Source: Pristiophorus japonicus (Eukaryota). Taken from it: a stretch of 64,000 nt of DNA. This document shows, piece after piece, positions 11,141 through 23,087 of the stretch. Position 1 is the stretch's first letter. Every line of letters begins with the position of its first letter. The notes below the pieces were generated by a model. It made no database searches. It was not told where the DNA came from and was given only the letters and a program-made list of their open reading frames with translations. The stretch is taken from NCBI RefSeq assembly GCF_044704955.1, contig NC_091981.1:42594001-42658000 (forward strand). Direction: 5' to 3'. Position numbers and translations under genes: made by a program.

Positions 11141-12589
11141 TGCAATGAAAGTATAATATCGATTGATCAGAAGCAATAATTTCCTTAATAAAATACACCT
11201 AGCGTAAACCCCCAATAGTCCAGAGTCTTAAAATATGTCTGTTGAAATGGTCACTTCACCTGAGAAAAACTCCAGAGTCAATGCAAATTCCCCCGAAGTT
11301 GAAGTGACCTGTGATTTTAAAAATGGCAGCCACACCGCTGGCTTTAGTTCAGAACAGTTCCACTTTTTATGGACGTTTTTTTGGGTGAGCGATATTGTGG
11401 GCAGTATGTGTGCGAGGTGGTGAAAGTGATTGTGGGTGATCTCCTGGGCGTTAGTTTTGCCAAATGTGGTCTTTACGACAAAAAAAATGAGCGGGCGGTA
11501 TTATTGAATCTCGGCGTTAATTCCGTGCGGAAAGTAACGCTGTGCGATATCATGGGTGTTGATTTCGACCATTCTGTGGATTCCGCCCCAAAAAAGTGGC
11601 CGGGCGGTATTATTTTTTCCCGGCATTAAGCACATGGGGAAAGTAACGCTCGCCGATAAGTTCCTGAAAAATGCCTGTCAGTTTCCATTTTGTGGCTAAC
11701 TGGGCGATATATGGGCGTTATATGTCATTTCAGCAGTAAAATGGGCGTTAAGTGGGCATTAAGCATGCAAAAAAAGTGGAAAATCTAGCCCATAATCCTA
11801 CAATTCTGGCCGCAGATCTTTCCCTTCATCAAGCCAATGCCTGCATAAACCAGCAAGGTGACAATGGTATTGCTAACATGGACTGGCAGGCTGAGAGCTC
11901 AGACTACTAAGAGACAGAAGAAAATGATTACCCTGGTGCCTCACAGTGACCTTTGCCAACTGTGGTGTTCAGCGCCTAGAGATAAGAACAAAACCACCGT
12001 GTGAGATGGTGCTTCTTGCCTATAGAGCAAGTTTACCATCTGATTTATGGTACAGTGCTGGCTCCAGAGTCAACAACATAAGACAAATGGAGTTTAAGTC
12101 ATATGTTTTGTGGAGCAGAAGACATGGTACCACATGGAGATGTATCCACTGATTATCAGTTGTGTTCTCCAAGGCCAGGGCTATCATTCTGTGCTGCCGC
12201 TATTGTAAAGGGATTTATTTTAGCATTTGTTTGAGTTCTGCCAAGCCACAAGAGTGCTTTGCAAAGTTCTGAGTCATGAACGATTGGAAAACACATCAAT
12301 ACAAAAGTCAACTGACAGCCAGCTTCACAAAACAAAGAGAAAAAATCCATTTTTGCAAGCCTCTGGGCAGGAAAAGTAGGAGCTAGCAATTTGGAATTTG
12401 GTGTGATGCTCTGGGTAGTTGATATTTTTTCATTCTCAGCAAATGATCCCTTGCAGTCACCCAACCAAAGCAACACTTTTAAAACTATTAAACCTCCATT
12501 AGCCCAATCCCTGTCATCCACCAGCTAGACAAACCTGTACACAAAACATTACCTCAGTGCATGTTTTTTGTTACTTGTATTTTTTTTAC

Positions 12590-12975
12590 ATAGCATTTAC
12601 AGCACAGAAACAGGTTATTTGGCCCAACTGATCTATGCTGGTGTTTATGTTCCGCATGAGCCTCCTTCCCACGCTGCTTCATCTAATCCTTCTATTCCTT
12701 TTCTCCCTCAATTACTTTTCCAGCTTCGCCTTAGAGCATCTATGCTAGTCCCCTCAAGCACTATGTGGTAGCAAGTTCCACATTCTACCCATTCTCTGGG
12801 TAAAGACGTTTCTCCTGAATTCCCTATTGGATTTATTATGTCCCTGATTTTATGACTTCCCCACAAGTAAAAAAAAAAATCTTCTCTACATCTGTCCTAT
12901 CAAACCCCTTCATAATTTTAAAGATCTCTATTGGATCACCCCTCAACTTTCCCTACTGGAAAAAAGAGCCTTTTT
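12590..12975 (-). mobile_element. Old CR1 LINE 3' fragment
   Basis: 3' UTR start (CAGCACAGAAACAGG) and decayed RT C-terminus (GTTTCTCCTGAATTCCC, CTATCAAACCCCTTCATAAT). Confidence 0.7.
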
Positions 12976-13094
12976 AAATAAAAACTTGATCGCCTTTTCA
13001 TGCGGACCAAAACTAAATAATACTACTATCATTATATGTGTTCTACTTGTCCTGATTCTTGTGCTGCGCTATAATTTTATTTTAAATTATCTTC

Positions 13095-13250
13095 CCTAAA
13101 AAGCTGTTGAGCCTAGGTCAATTGAAAATTTCAAAACTGAGATTGATAGTTTTTGTTAGGCAAGGGTCCGATGGAATCAAGGCCGGTAACTAGAGTTAAG
13201 ACATAGATCAGCCATGATCTAATTGAATGGCTACTCCTGTTCCTATCTTG
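13095..13250 (+). mobile_element. CR1 LINE 3' end fragment
   Basis: AATTTCAAAACTGAGATTGATAG...GATCAGCCATGATCTAATTGAATGG...CTACTCCTGTTCCTAT. Confidence 0.7.
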
Positions 13251-14059
13251 TTAAAGGCTCTTAGAAAACTCTTCAGCTGATGCCACATCTGAGCCAATAG
13301 AATCAAAGAATGATACAGCGCAGAAAGAAGCCATTCGGCCCATCGTGCTCATGACGGCTTTTTGAAATATTCAATTAGTCCCCTTCCCCTGCTTTTCCCC
13401 CAGAGCCCTTGAAATGTTTCCCCTTCAACTATTTATCCAATTCCCTTCTGAAAGTTATTATTGCATCTGCTTCCACCACCCTTTCAGACAATGCATTCCA
13501 GATCACAACAACTCGTTGCATAACATTTTTTTTCCGCATGTCGCTTCTTGTTCTTTTGCCAATCACCATAAATGTGTGTCCTCTGGTTACGGACCCTCCT
13601 GCCACTGGAAACAGGTTCTCCTCATATATTCTATCAAAACCCTTCAAGATTTTGAACACATCTATCAAATTCTCTCTTTAACCTTCTCTCCTCTGAGGAG
13701 AACAACCACAGTTCCTCTGGTCTCGTCATGTAACTGAAGTCTTTGATCCCTGGTACTATTCCAGTAAATCTCTTCTGCATTCCCTCTAAGACCTTGACAT
13801 CCTTCCTAAAGTGTCACACAGAACTGGCCACACTCCAGTTGGAGCCAAACTGGTGTTTTATAAAGGTTTAACATAATGCTTTTGTACTCGATGCCTTTAT
13901 TTATAAAGCCAAGCATTCTTTTTAACGTCCTTCTCAATTTTTCTGCTACCTTCAAAGACTGATGTATGTACAATCTCACATCTGTCTGTTCCACCACCCA
14001 CTTTAAAATTGTACCAATTTACAATTGGTTCCCTCTTTCACCGCTTTTTCTGGTACACA

Positions 14060-14183
14060 GATGATAGGGTTATGCTGATAGGGTTAGATGAGGAAAGATG
14101 GGAGGAGGCTTGACTGGAGCATAAACACCATCATGGACTGGTTGGGCCGAATGGCCTGTTTCTGCACTGTATATCCTATGTAA
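14060..14183 (+). mobile_element. CR1/HE1-type 3' tail fragment
   Basis: GGAGCATAAACACC...GGGCCGAATGGCCTGTTTCTG...CCTATGTAA. Confidence 0.65.
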
Positions 14184-14189
14184 ACTTTA

Positions 14190-14751
14190 AGGTACCCCCC
14201 GCAATAGTGATGAGTGTGAAAAAAATAGCTTGGACATTGTCAGGGTGCTTTATGGTGTTGGTGTGGGGTTGGTGCCAACCTGGCGCATCATGTGGCAGCC
14301 AGGGTGTACAGCATCAAGTGAAGTATATCTAGCCATGGTGAGGCCATCTCCGACGTCCCGGGCAGCAATATGCAACAGTTCCTGAACTTGGAAAGTGAGC
14401 AGCTGTGAGATGTGAGCCTTTATAGCACATTTGCAGCTGTCAAGTAATGAGATGATTCCATGGTCACAAAATTCCCAACCTCCTTACATGACATGATCCT
14501 TGAGCAGCGTGGATCCTGTGGGCGACCTCATAAAATGTTAAGATGAGCTCAATATACTTTTTAAGTGGCTGTTAACAAGGTCATAATGACCTGAATTGCC
14601 TCCCCCACCAATGCGTGTTGGGCCTGTTCAGTGCTGACAGGCCCAACATCCGGGAAAGGCACGTGGCGGCAGGTTGAGAGAGGGGTCCCAACACGCTGAC
14701 AAAAAAAATGTCCCACCCGACCCTGCACCAAACGTGCCCAAAACATTCTCC
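14190..14751. mobile_element. Relic of a Harbinger-related element; inverted homologue of about 16400-16570
   Basis: GGTGCCAACCTGGCGCATCATGTGGCAGCCAGGGTGTACA is the near reverse complement of about 16457-16500. The GC-rich end terminates at AACATTCTCCC. Confidence 0.5.
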
Positions 14752-14848
14752 CGTTAACTCTGTTTCTCTGCTGCCTGACCTGCTCAGTATTTCCAGCATT
14801 TTCTGGATTTTATTTCAGATTCCAGCATCCATAGTATTTTGGTTTTGC
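14752..14848 (+). mobile_element. Penelope-like element terminal-repeat fragment
   Basis: CGTTAACTCTG...TGCCTGACCTGCTCAGTATTTCCAGCATTTTCTG is homologous to 42117-42187. Confidence 0.65.
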
Positions 14849-16089
14849 ATTAAAACCGTACCATTTAGTTTATACCATCTCTCCTCATTCTTCCTACCAA
14901 AATGAATCACATCTGCTATGTGTCTAACCATTTCACTGATATGTCTATATCCTCCTGAATTCTGTTACTATCCTCCTCACTCTTTACTACATACAGAGTT
15001 TCGTGTCATCTGCAAACTTTGAACTCATGCCTGTTCCCCCAAGTGCAGGTGATTGATTAACATCAAAAGAGCAGTGGTCTCAACATTGACCGCTTGGGAG
15101 ACATGACTGCACCCTTCCCTCTAGTCTAAACAACAACCATTCACCACGCCTCTCTGCTTTTTGTCCCTCAGCTAATTTTGTATCCACACAGCCACTACCC
15201 TTTGAATCCCATGGACTTCAATGTTGCTACCAAGTCTATTATGTGATAGTTTATCAAATGCCTATTAAAAGTTCAAATAAACATCAACCCTCCCTGTCAC
15301 TTCAAAGAAGCACAATGTGGCAGATGTATGCTATTTATGCTGCAGCAAACTCGAAAGCACTGATTCTGTGATCAGAGGATAAAATGGCTCTGCTATCACT
15401 GTGCCCAAGTAGGGATCATCGGATTTGGCAGATTGAGCTAACTAAAATAATTTATGTGTGCTCTCCGAGTATTTTTTCATGAGCGCAGTAAGCATCGTGG
15501 CTGCAATACACCAGGGAACAGGGAAAGCAATAGCTCTTAAAGAGCTGATGCATTTTTTCTATGTAGGTTATTTGTTTCACCTGACTACTGGGACCATGGA
15601 GTCTCTCCAGGGCGCAGATGTCAGAACTGCCCTTTTGATCTGGAGAGATCAGATTGGAAGAAAAGGTGAGTCAGAGGAGAGTGTCCATGTTTGGGGCAGA
15701 GGAGAATCCTTCTGAGATCAACCGTGCAGCATGCATAGCAGCAGGCAGCAGAGAATGAATGATGTCTCCTTCCATAGGTCATGGCAGCAGACGAGAAAGA
15801 ACTTCTCTGGAAAGAGGGAGAGATAGCTATATTTTGCTGATTCAATTTAAATCAGTAGCTTGAATATCATCATTGCTGTGCCCCCAGTATCCTACAGCAA
15901 CAGCAATGGAACAAGGAAGGCACTGCATAAACCCTTACAGCAGTATTTGATTTTAGTGGTTGATTGAGGGCAAAATATTGGCCAGGAAGCCAGGGAGAAC
16001 TCCATTGCTCTTTTTCAACATAGTGCCATGGGATCTTTTACGTCTACTTGAGGGGGCTGATGGCAGGACTCCCACGGTACTGCATTAGA

Positions 16090-19000
16090 GGCCAGAATTT
16101 TACTCAGAGGATGGTATCGGAGGTGGGTCAGCTGTTAAATTTTAAATGATTGCTTTATGCAGGTTGCAAGTCTTTGGAGCAACTCTCTATCCAGTGTCAC
16201 TTCATTGGAACAATCTCTCACCATTGACAGATAGATTGCTTCTGTCATCTCAAGTTCACCTGCCATCTATTACATTAGCATAGGTGTCCTTGAAATGATC
16301 TCACCTTGGTCCTCAGAATCCCACCACGATCAGCCCCAACACCACCAAACTTCTCCGCAATCCACTGATGCTGCAGAGAAAACAGGGCAACAGCAACCGG
16401 CCACATTGCTGCCCATGACGGCAGGGATGGCAGTACCATGGACATATTTACTTCACTTGTACACCCTGGCTGCCACATGATATGCCAGATTGGCACCACC
16501 CCACACCAACATAAAGCATCCCTACAATGCCCAAGCCATTCCTTTCACACACATCAGTATTGCAGGGGGTGCCGTTATGTCTCACCATTCACTGAAACTC
16601 ACTAAGCCATTTCCAAAGGTACACACAAATCTGTCCAATAACACAAATGTTGAAAATAAAGATTTCAATATTTGGCAACACATTAAAATAAATTTTACAT
16701 GAGCATTGACAAAAACACTCAAGTGCCTACCCTTATTCGTTGTTAGTTAGAAACAGACAAACATAGAAAATAGGTGCAGGAGTAGGCCATTTGGCCCTTC
16801 GCGCCTGCACCACCATTCAATTAGATCATGGCCGATCATTCCCTCAGTACCCCTTTCCTGCTTTCTCTCCATACCCCTTGATCCCTTTAGCTGTAAGGGC
16901 CATATATAACTCCCTTTTGAATATACCCAATGAACTGGCATCAACAACTCTCTGCGGCAGGGAATTCCACTGGTTAACAACTCTCTGAGTGAAGAAGTTT
17001 CTCCTCATCTCAGTCCTAAATGGGCTACCCCTTATACTAAGACTGTGTCCCCTGGTTCTGGACTTCCCCAACATCGGGAACATTCTTCCCGTATCTAACC
17101 TGTCCAGTTCAGTCAGAATCTTATACATTTCTATGAGATCCCCTCTCATCCTTCTAAACTCTAATGAATACAGGCCCAGTTGATCCAGTCTCTCCTCATA
17201 TGTCAGTCCAGCCATCCCTGGTGAACCTTCGCTGCACTCCTTCAATAGCAAGTACATCCTTCCTCAGATTTGGGGACCAAAACTGAACACAAGATTCCAG
17301 ATGAGGTCTAACCAAGACACTGTACAACTGCAGTAAGACCTCCCTGCTCCTATACGCAAATCCCCTAGCTATGAAGACCAACATACCATTTGCCTTCTTC
17401 ACCGCCTGCTGTACTTGCATGCCAACTTTCAATGACTGATGAACCATGACACCCAGGTCTCGTTGTACCTCCCCTTTTCCTAATCTGCCGCCATTCAGAT
17501 AATATTCTGCCTTCATGTTTTTGCCACCAAAGTGGATAACCTCACATTTATCCACATTATACTGCATCTGCCATGCATTTGCCCACTCACCTAACCTGTC
17601 CAAGTCACCCTGCAGCCTCTTAGCGTCCTCCTCACAGCTCATACCGTCACCCAGTTTAGTGTCATCTGCAAACTTGCAGATATTACACTCAATTCCTTCA
17701 TCTAAATCATTAATGCATAATGTAAAGAGCTGGGGTCCCAGCACTGAGTCCTGCTTCACCCCACTAGTCACTGCCTGCCATTCTGAAAAGGACCCGTTTA
17801 TCCCGACTCTCTGCTTCCTGTCTGTCAACCAGTTCTCTATCCACGTCAGTACATTACTCCCAATACCATGTGCTTTGACTTTCCACACAAATCTCTTGTG
17901 TGGGACCTTGTCAAAAGCCTTTTGAAAGTCCAAATATACCACATCCACTGGTTCTCCCTTGTCCACTCTGCTAGGTACATCCTCAAACAATTCCAGAAGA
18001 TTCGTCAAGCATGATTTCCCTTTCATAATCCATGCTGACTTGGACCGATCCTGTCACTACTTTCCAAATGTGCTGCTATTTCATCCTTAATGATTGATTC
18101 CAACATTTTCCCCACTACTGATGTCAGGCTAACTGGTCTACAATTACCCGTTTTCTCTCTCCCTCCTTTTTTAAAAAGTGGTGTTACATTAGCAACCCTC
18201 CAGTCCATAGGAACTGATCCAGAGTCGATAGACTGTTGGAAAATGATCACCAATGCATCCACTATTTCTATGGCCACTTCCTCAAGTACTCTGGGATGCA
18301 GACTATCAGGCCCGGGGATTTATCGGCCTTCATTGCCATCAATTTCCCTAACACAATTTCCTGCCGAATAAGGATTTCCTTCAGTTCCTCCTTCTCACTA
18401 GACCCTCGGTCCCCTAATATTTTCAGCAGGTTATTTGTGTCTTCCTTCATGGAGAGAACCAAAGTATTTGTTCAGCTGGTCTGCCATTTCTTTGTTCCCC
18501 ATTATAAATTCACCTGAATCCGAATGCAAGGGATCTACGTTTGTCTTCACTAATCTTTTTCTCTTCACATATCTATAGAAGCTTTTGCAGTCAGTTTTTA
18601 TGTTCCCAGCAAGCTTCCTCTCATACTCTATTTTCCCCCTCCTAATTAAACCCTTTGTCCTCCTCTGCTGAATTCTAAATTTCTCCCAGTCCTCAGGTTT
18701 GCTGCTTTTTCTGGCCAATTTATATGCCTCTTCCTTGTATTTAACGCTATCCTTAATTTCCCTTGTTAGCCACAGTTGAGCCACCTTCCCTGTTTTATTT
18801 TTACTCCAGACAGGGATGTACAATTGTTGAAGTTCATCCATGTGATCTTTAAATGTTTGCCATTGCCTATCCACCGTCAACCCTTTAAGTATCATTTGCC
18901 AGTCTATTCTAGCCAATTCACGCCTCATATCGTCGAAGTTACCTTCCTTAAATTCAGGACCCTAGTCTCTGAATTAACTGTGTCACTCTCCATCTTAATA

Positions 19001-20634
19001 AAGAATTCTACCATATTATGGTCACTCTTCCCCAAGAGGCCTCACACAACAAGATTGCTAATTAGTTCCTTCTCAATCCACATCATCCAGTCTAGGATGG
19101 CCAGCCCTCTTGTTGGTTCCTCGACATATTGGTCCAGAAAACCATCCCTAATACACTCCAGGAAATCCTCCTCCACCGCATTGCTACCAGTTTGGTTAGC
19201 CCAACCTATATGTAGATTAAAGTCGCCCATAATAACTGCTGTACCTTTATTGCACACATCCCTTATTTCTTGTTTGATGCTGTCCCCAACCTCACTACTA
19301 CTGTTTGGTGGTCTGTACACAACTCCCACCAGCATTTTCTGCTCTTTGGTATTCCGCAGCTCCACCCATACCGATTCCACATCATCCAAGCTAATGTCCT
19401 TCCTTACTATTGCATTAATTTCCTCTTTAACCAGCAATGCCACCCCGCCTCCTTTTCCTTTCTGTCTATCCTTCCTAAATGTTGAATATCCCTGGATGTT
19501 GAGTTCCCAGCCTTGGTCACCCTGGAGCCATGTCTCCGTGATGCCAATTACATCATATCCATTAACTGCTATCTGCAATTCCGAATACTCCTCGCATTGA
19601 GGCACAGAGCCTTCAGGCTTGTCTTTTTAACACACTTTGCTCCATTGGAATTTTGCTGTAATGTGGCCCTTTTTGTTTTTTGCCTTTGGTTTCTCTGCCC
19701 TCCACTTTTATTATTCTCCTTTCTATCTTTTGCTTCTGCCTCCATTTTATTTCCTCTAGCTCCCTGCATAGGTTCCCAACCCCCTGACATATTAGTTTAA
19801 CTCCTCCCCAACAGCACTAGCAAACACTCCCCCTAGGACATTGGTTCCGGTCCTGCTCAGGTGCAGACCGTCCGGTTTGTACTAGTCCCACCTCCCCCAG
19901 AACCGGTTCCAATATCCCAAGAATTTGAATCCCTCCCTTCTGCACCACTCCTCAAGCCACGTATTCATCTGAACTATCCTGCGATTCCTACTCTGATTAG
20001 CACGTGGCACTGGTAGCAATTGTGAGTTGGTATGCTTGCACGAGGATGAGGGTGAGTGTGAGGGGTGGCTAGTGAGATGGGGTGTGATAATGTAGATAGA
20101 GAGGGATGAGTGGCGGTGCAAGGTAAGTTGGTGGGAGTAAGGATGTGCAGGAGTCGGGTATGGAAGGCAGCAAACAACAGGATGAGGTTGAGTGTGGCTT
20201 TGCAGTAATGTTTTGTGATCTAGAGATAACGGAAAGGTTTTTGCCACTGGAAGGGAAGAGAACCTCCCTGCTTGCTGTGACTTCCTCCATAAGCATATGG
20301 AGGGAGTCATGGTCGAGCCAGGATGCAGCCCTGCATCTCTATGCAGTGATTGTCAGTGTTTGCAGCAGCTCAATGTTGCAGAACACTGAAAGGTCAACTT
20401 TCAAAATAAATTTGCGCATGGTCCCTTTAAGAAAACTGGTTGAGAAGTTGAGGAAAGGAGGGAAGAATCAAATGATGCCATCAGACACGCTTCCTTTTAA
20501 TTGGCCGGGAACCGTGCTGGGCGGGCTTAACAAGCCCAATCAGGGGAAAGTCGTGTGGGAGGCCGGGATGGAGACAGGAGCGGGGTGGGGCCTTGCCACC
20601 GATGTCACCCGCCTCGATAGGTGAAATTATGGCC
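16090..20634. mobile_element. Internally deleted Harbinger-like element, interrupted by CR1
   Basis: Imperfect TIRs GGCCAGAATTTTAC and GTGAAATTATGGCC. A minus-strand Myb-like remnant LHMLMEEVTASREVLFPSSG lies at about 20240-20310. Confidence 0.6.
16748..20020 (-). mobile_element. CR1 LINE (C-terminal ORF1 esterase, ORF2 endonuclease-RT, 3' UTR), frameshifted
   Basis: ORFs 19042..19605 (IGITETW, VYRPPN, MGDFN), 18431..18928, 17196..18026 (YLDFQKAFDKVPH, FADD) and 16844..17257. ORF1 SGNH remnant MNTWLEEWCRREGF. Confidence 0.93.
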
Positions 20635-21105
20635 AAAGTACCAGCCTGGATTTCATGCTCAAGGGTCTTGAATCTATGATCTTCTGACTTCGAACCATGA
20701 CTGACACCAACAGATGGGCACGTCTGCCCTCTCAGGTGGAGGAAAAAAAAAACAGCAGCAGACCGAAATGCTACTAAGATGAAGCACAAACTGCAGTTTG
20801 AAAATTTCAAAAGCAATTTTAAACGTCCAATGCTTTCCCATACTATCGCTCCTTTGCCTTGCCACAAGGACATCCATTGTCCAACGGGCAGTCAGTGGCC
20901 CTTCAACAGCACCTGATATTCCAACCCTGGAGTTCCCAGCGGTGCGCTCGGAGTGGCAGAAAATTGTGTAAATGAGTCGACCCATGTGTTAACCAGAAAG
21001 GTTAGCTTATTTGTTTCCAACATTTTCTTCTTCACTAGACAGGAAATCATGGGGCTGAGCACTCGCGATTTCCTAGGAGCGCTGGAACATAGAGTCAAAC
21101 CTCTT

Positions 21106-21734
21106 GGGCTGGAATTTCCGGTGATGACCGCCTCTATTTTTGCCCCAGAGGGGCGGCAATGGCGGTGTTGAGCTCACCTGGGCAGGTGGTCAGCTTCCAG
21201 TGCCCTACGGGGGTCTTTCCAGAGCTGGTTTTGCGGGGGCGCGGAGCAGTATGCCTGCAAGAGGTGTGCAATGCCCCTGGTTGTGACACCGGCTCACTTT
21301 TTAACTCCCGCCCGACCCATACGCCCTGCTGTAACTGCCTGTGAAAACGAGTGGTCTGACCTGTAGCAGCTGCAGTAAGGTAAGTAATGTCCACCTCAGG
21401 TAAGTGTGCGTGTTTTTCCTTTTCTGTTTGCAATTTATGTTGTGGTGGTGTGGGCTATGTATTGAGAATATTTTTGATTTTTTTTCAGGTTTTCTTTTCT
21501 CCCCGGGCCTCTCTGAGTGCTCCCGGACCGGCTGTTTAGCTTAGGATTTTCCCATGCTCAGTCGGCCGAGTGCCCTTAGAGAGGTATAACCACCTCCCTT
21601 AGCGCTCCGCCCCACACTCAGGCCCAGCTGCCCAATTTTGCTGACCGACCGAGGTGCAAAATGTTCCCAGACGCAAACTTTACCGTCCCGCTGCCATTAC
21701 CGTCCCAAAATCAGCAAAGCCGAAAATCCAGCTC
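21106..21734. mobile_element. Non-autonomous Harbinger-type MITE
   Basis: TIRs GGGCTGGAATTTCCGG and CCGAAAATCCAGCTC, with an exact 3-bp TSD CTT on both sides. Confidence 0.75.
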
Positions 21735-22849
21735 CTTATTTGTAACGGTGGAGGTTTATCCAAAATTTTTGTTTACCCTCAACTGAACCAAATAAGGATT
21801 CATTTGATTCGCACAACCAACCTATTAGACTACTTTACCGCATTACTCATATTGGAAAAAATCCAGTTGTTGAACATGTCAACTCTGCATTTAGGAGTCA
21901 ATTTTATGAAAATAATGAAGTAATCTGTCGGGATCAATATTTGACTGCAAATTCAAAGAGAACCCATATGTTGATAAAATGGTTTGGTATTTTTGTCATT
22001 AAAAGAGAAGTTTGTATAAGAATGCCAGCTCTAACACAGAAGATATTTTCTTCAACATGTATTATTTACCTACGCATTTACTTAAAACACAGACAGAAAG
22101 ATCTAAATTTAAATCCAAGGCATTCACATTTCACAATCATGGTCAATGGCTCTGCTTTGACAAGAGGCTATTATAAAACTGCCTCATTTTCTTTCTTAGT
22201 TCTTCTAAGAGTGTGAAGAGAGCAGCTACCATTCTATCAGCAACACCATTCTTTGAAGCATTTCGCAGTCAGTTCAGAATAATATTTGTTTTGATTGCTC
22301 CATGATTGGTTTTTCAAGTAGTTGAAGACCCATTAAGTCAAATTACTAAACTTTAATCTCATGAGTCATTCAGGTATTCAGACACCTCTGCCTCCGTGGA
22401 TGTGCTACTCATGTTGCCAGGTGATGCATCAACTCTGAGGACAGACAGTGATGTAAGCCACCATCTGCAGAACACGCAGAGCTTCCGGCCCCAGCATTGA
22501 TTTTTTATTTAACAGGTGGTGTTCTATTATCCGTACTGCTACTCACAGCCACATTGCTGTGTTTGTGCTGTTTTTACCTAGATGCGGAGTTCGCCATCAT
22601 AAGAAATCAAGCATTGTTGAAGACTTTGAATAGTTTGCTTAAAAGACTTGCATTTATATAGCACCTTTCACAATGTCAGTATGTCCCAAAGTGCGTTGCA
22701 GCTAATGAAGTACTTTTGAAGTGCCGTCACTGTTATGTAGGAAATGCGGCAGCCAATTTGCACACAGCAAGGTCCCATAAACAGTAGTGTGATAATGAAC
22801 AGATAATCTGTTTTTAGATGTTAGTTGAGGGATCAACATTGGTCATGGC

Positions 22850-23062
22850 TGTTATATATGTAAACCTGTAAATACCTTGTTTAACCACCAGAGGGCTCAT
22901 CCCCTGGAGTCTCAAGGGATTCCACAATCCCTTGGGAGCACCTGTACATAAGGCGGCCTCACAGGCTGGAGAGGGACTCTGGAGACCTGTAATAAAGGAC
23001 TGCAGTCACACCTTACTTTGAACTCAAAGTATCTGGTCAGACTCTTTATTCAATACATAATA
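22850..23062 (+). repeat. 5' LTR (213 bp)
   Basis: TGTTATATATG...AATAAA...ACATAATA; direct repeat of 27130-27329. Confidence 0.9.
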
Positions 23063-23087
23063 ACTGGCGACGAACCCCACTGCAACA

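Larger units (their letters stand above)
7292..11791. mobile_element. Harbinger/PIF DNA transposon 1, full length, two-gene, decayed
   Basis: TIRs GGGCTAGATTTTACACTTT and AAAGTGGAAAATCTAGCCC, with 3-bp flanks ATG/ATA. Convergent Myb/SANT (+) and HARBI1-like (-) genes; subterminal GGGCGTTA repeats. Confidence 0.9.
13297..15305 (-). mobile_element. Old CR1 LINE RT fragment, interrupted at about 14017-14849
   Basis: ORF 13429..13668 (VFKILKGFDR...TRGH...QRVVVIWNAL) and a KFADD motif near 15005. The RT resumes after the insert, with TTAAAAYYGTACCA duplicated on both sides. Confidence 0.8.
15895..20712 (-). mobile_element. Deu-domain tRNA SINE split into about 15895-16089 and 20635-20712 by a nested DNA transposon
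   Basis: Deu core TGCCATGGGATCTTTTACGTC...GTACTGCATTAGA continues after 20634 as AGTACCAGCCTGGATTTCATGCTCAAG. Confidence 0.7.

Noticed and set aside
15581-15806. Minus-strand exon candidate with a strong acceptor (CTCTTTCCAG)
   Set aside because: It has stops in all three frames and a weak donor, and there is no supporting evidence.
18776-19600. Long antisense ORFs over CR1 (also 1797..2336 and 32539..33111)
   Set aside because: They are shadow frames of the CR1 endonuclease coding sequence.
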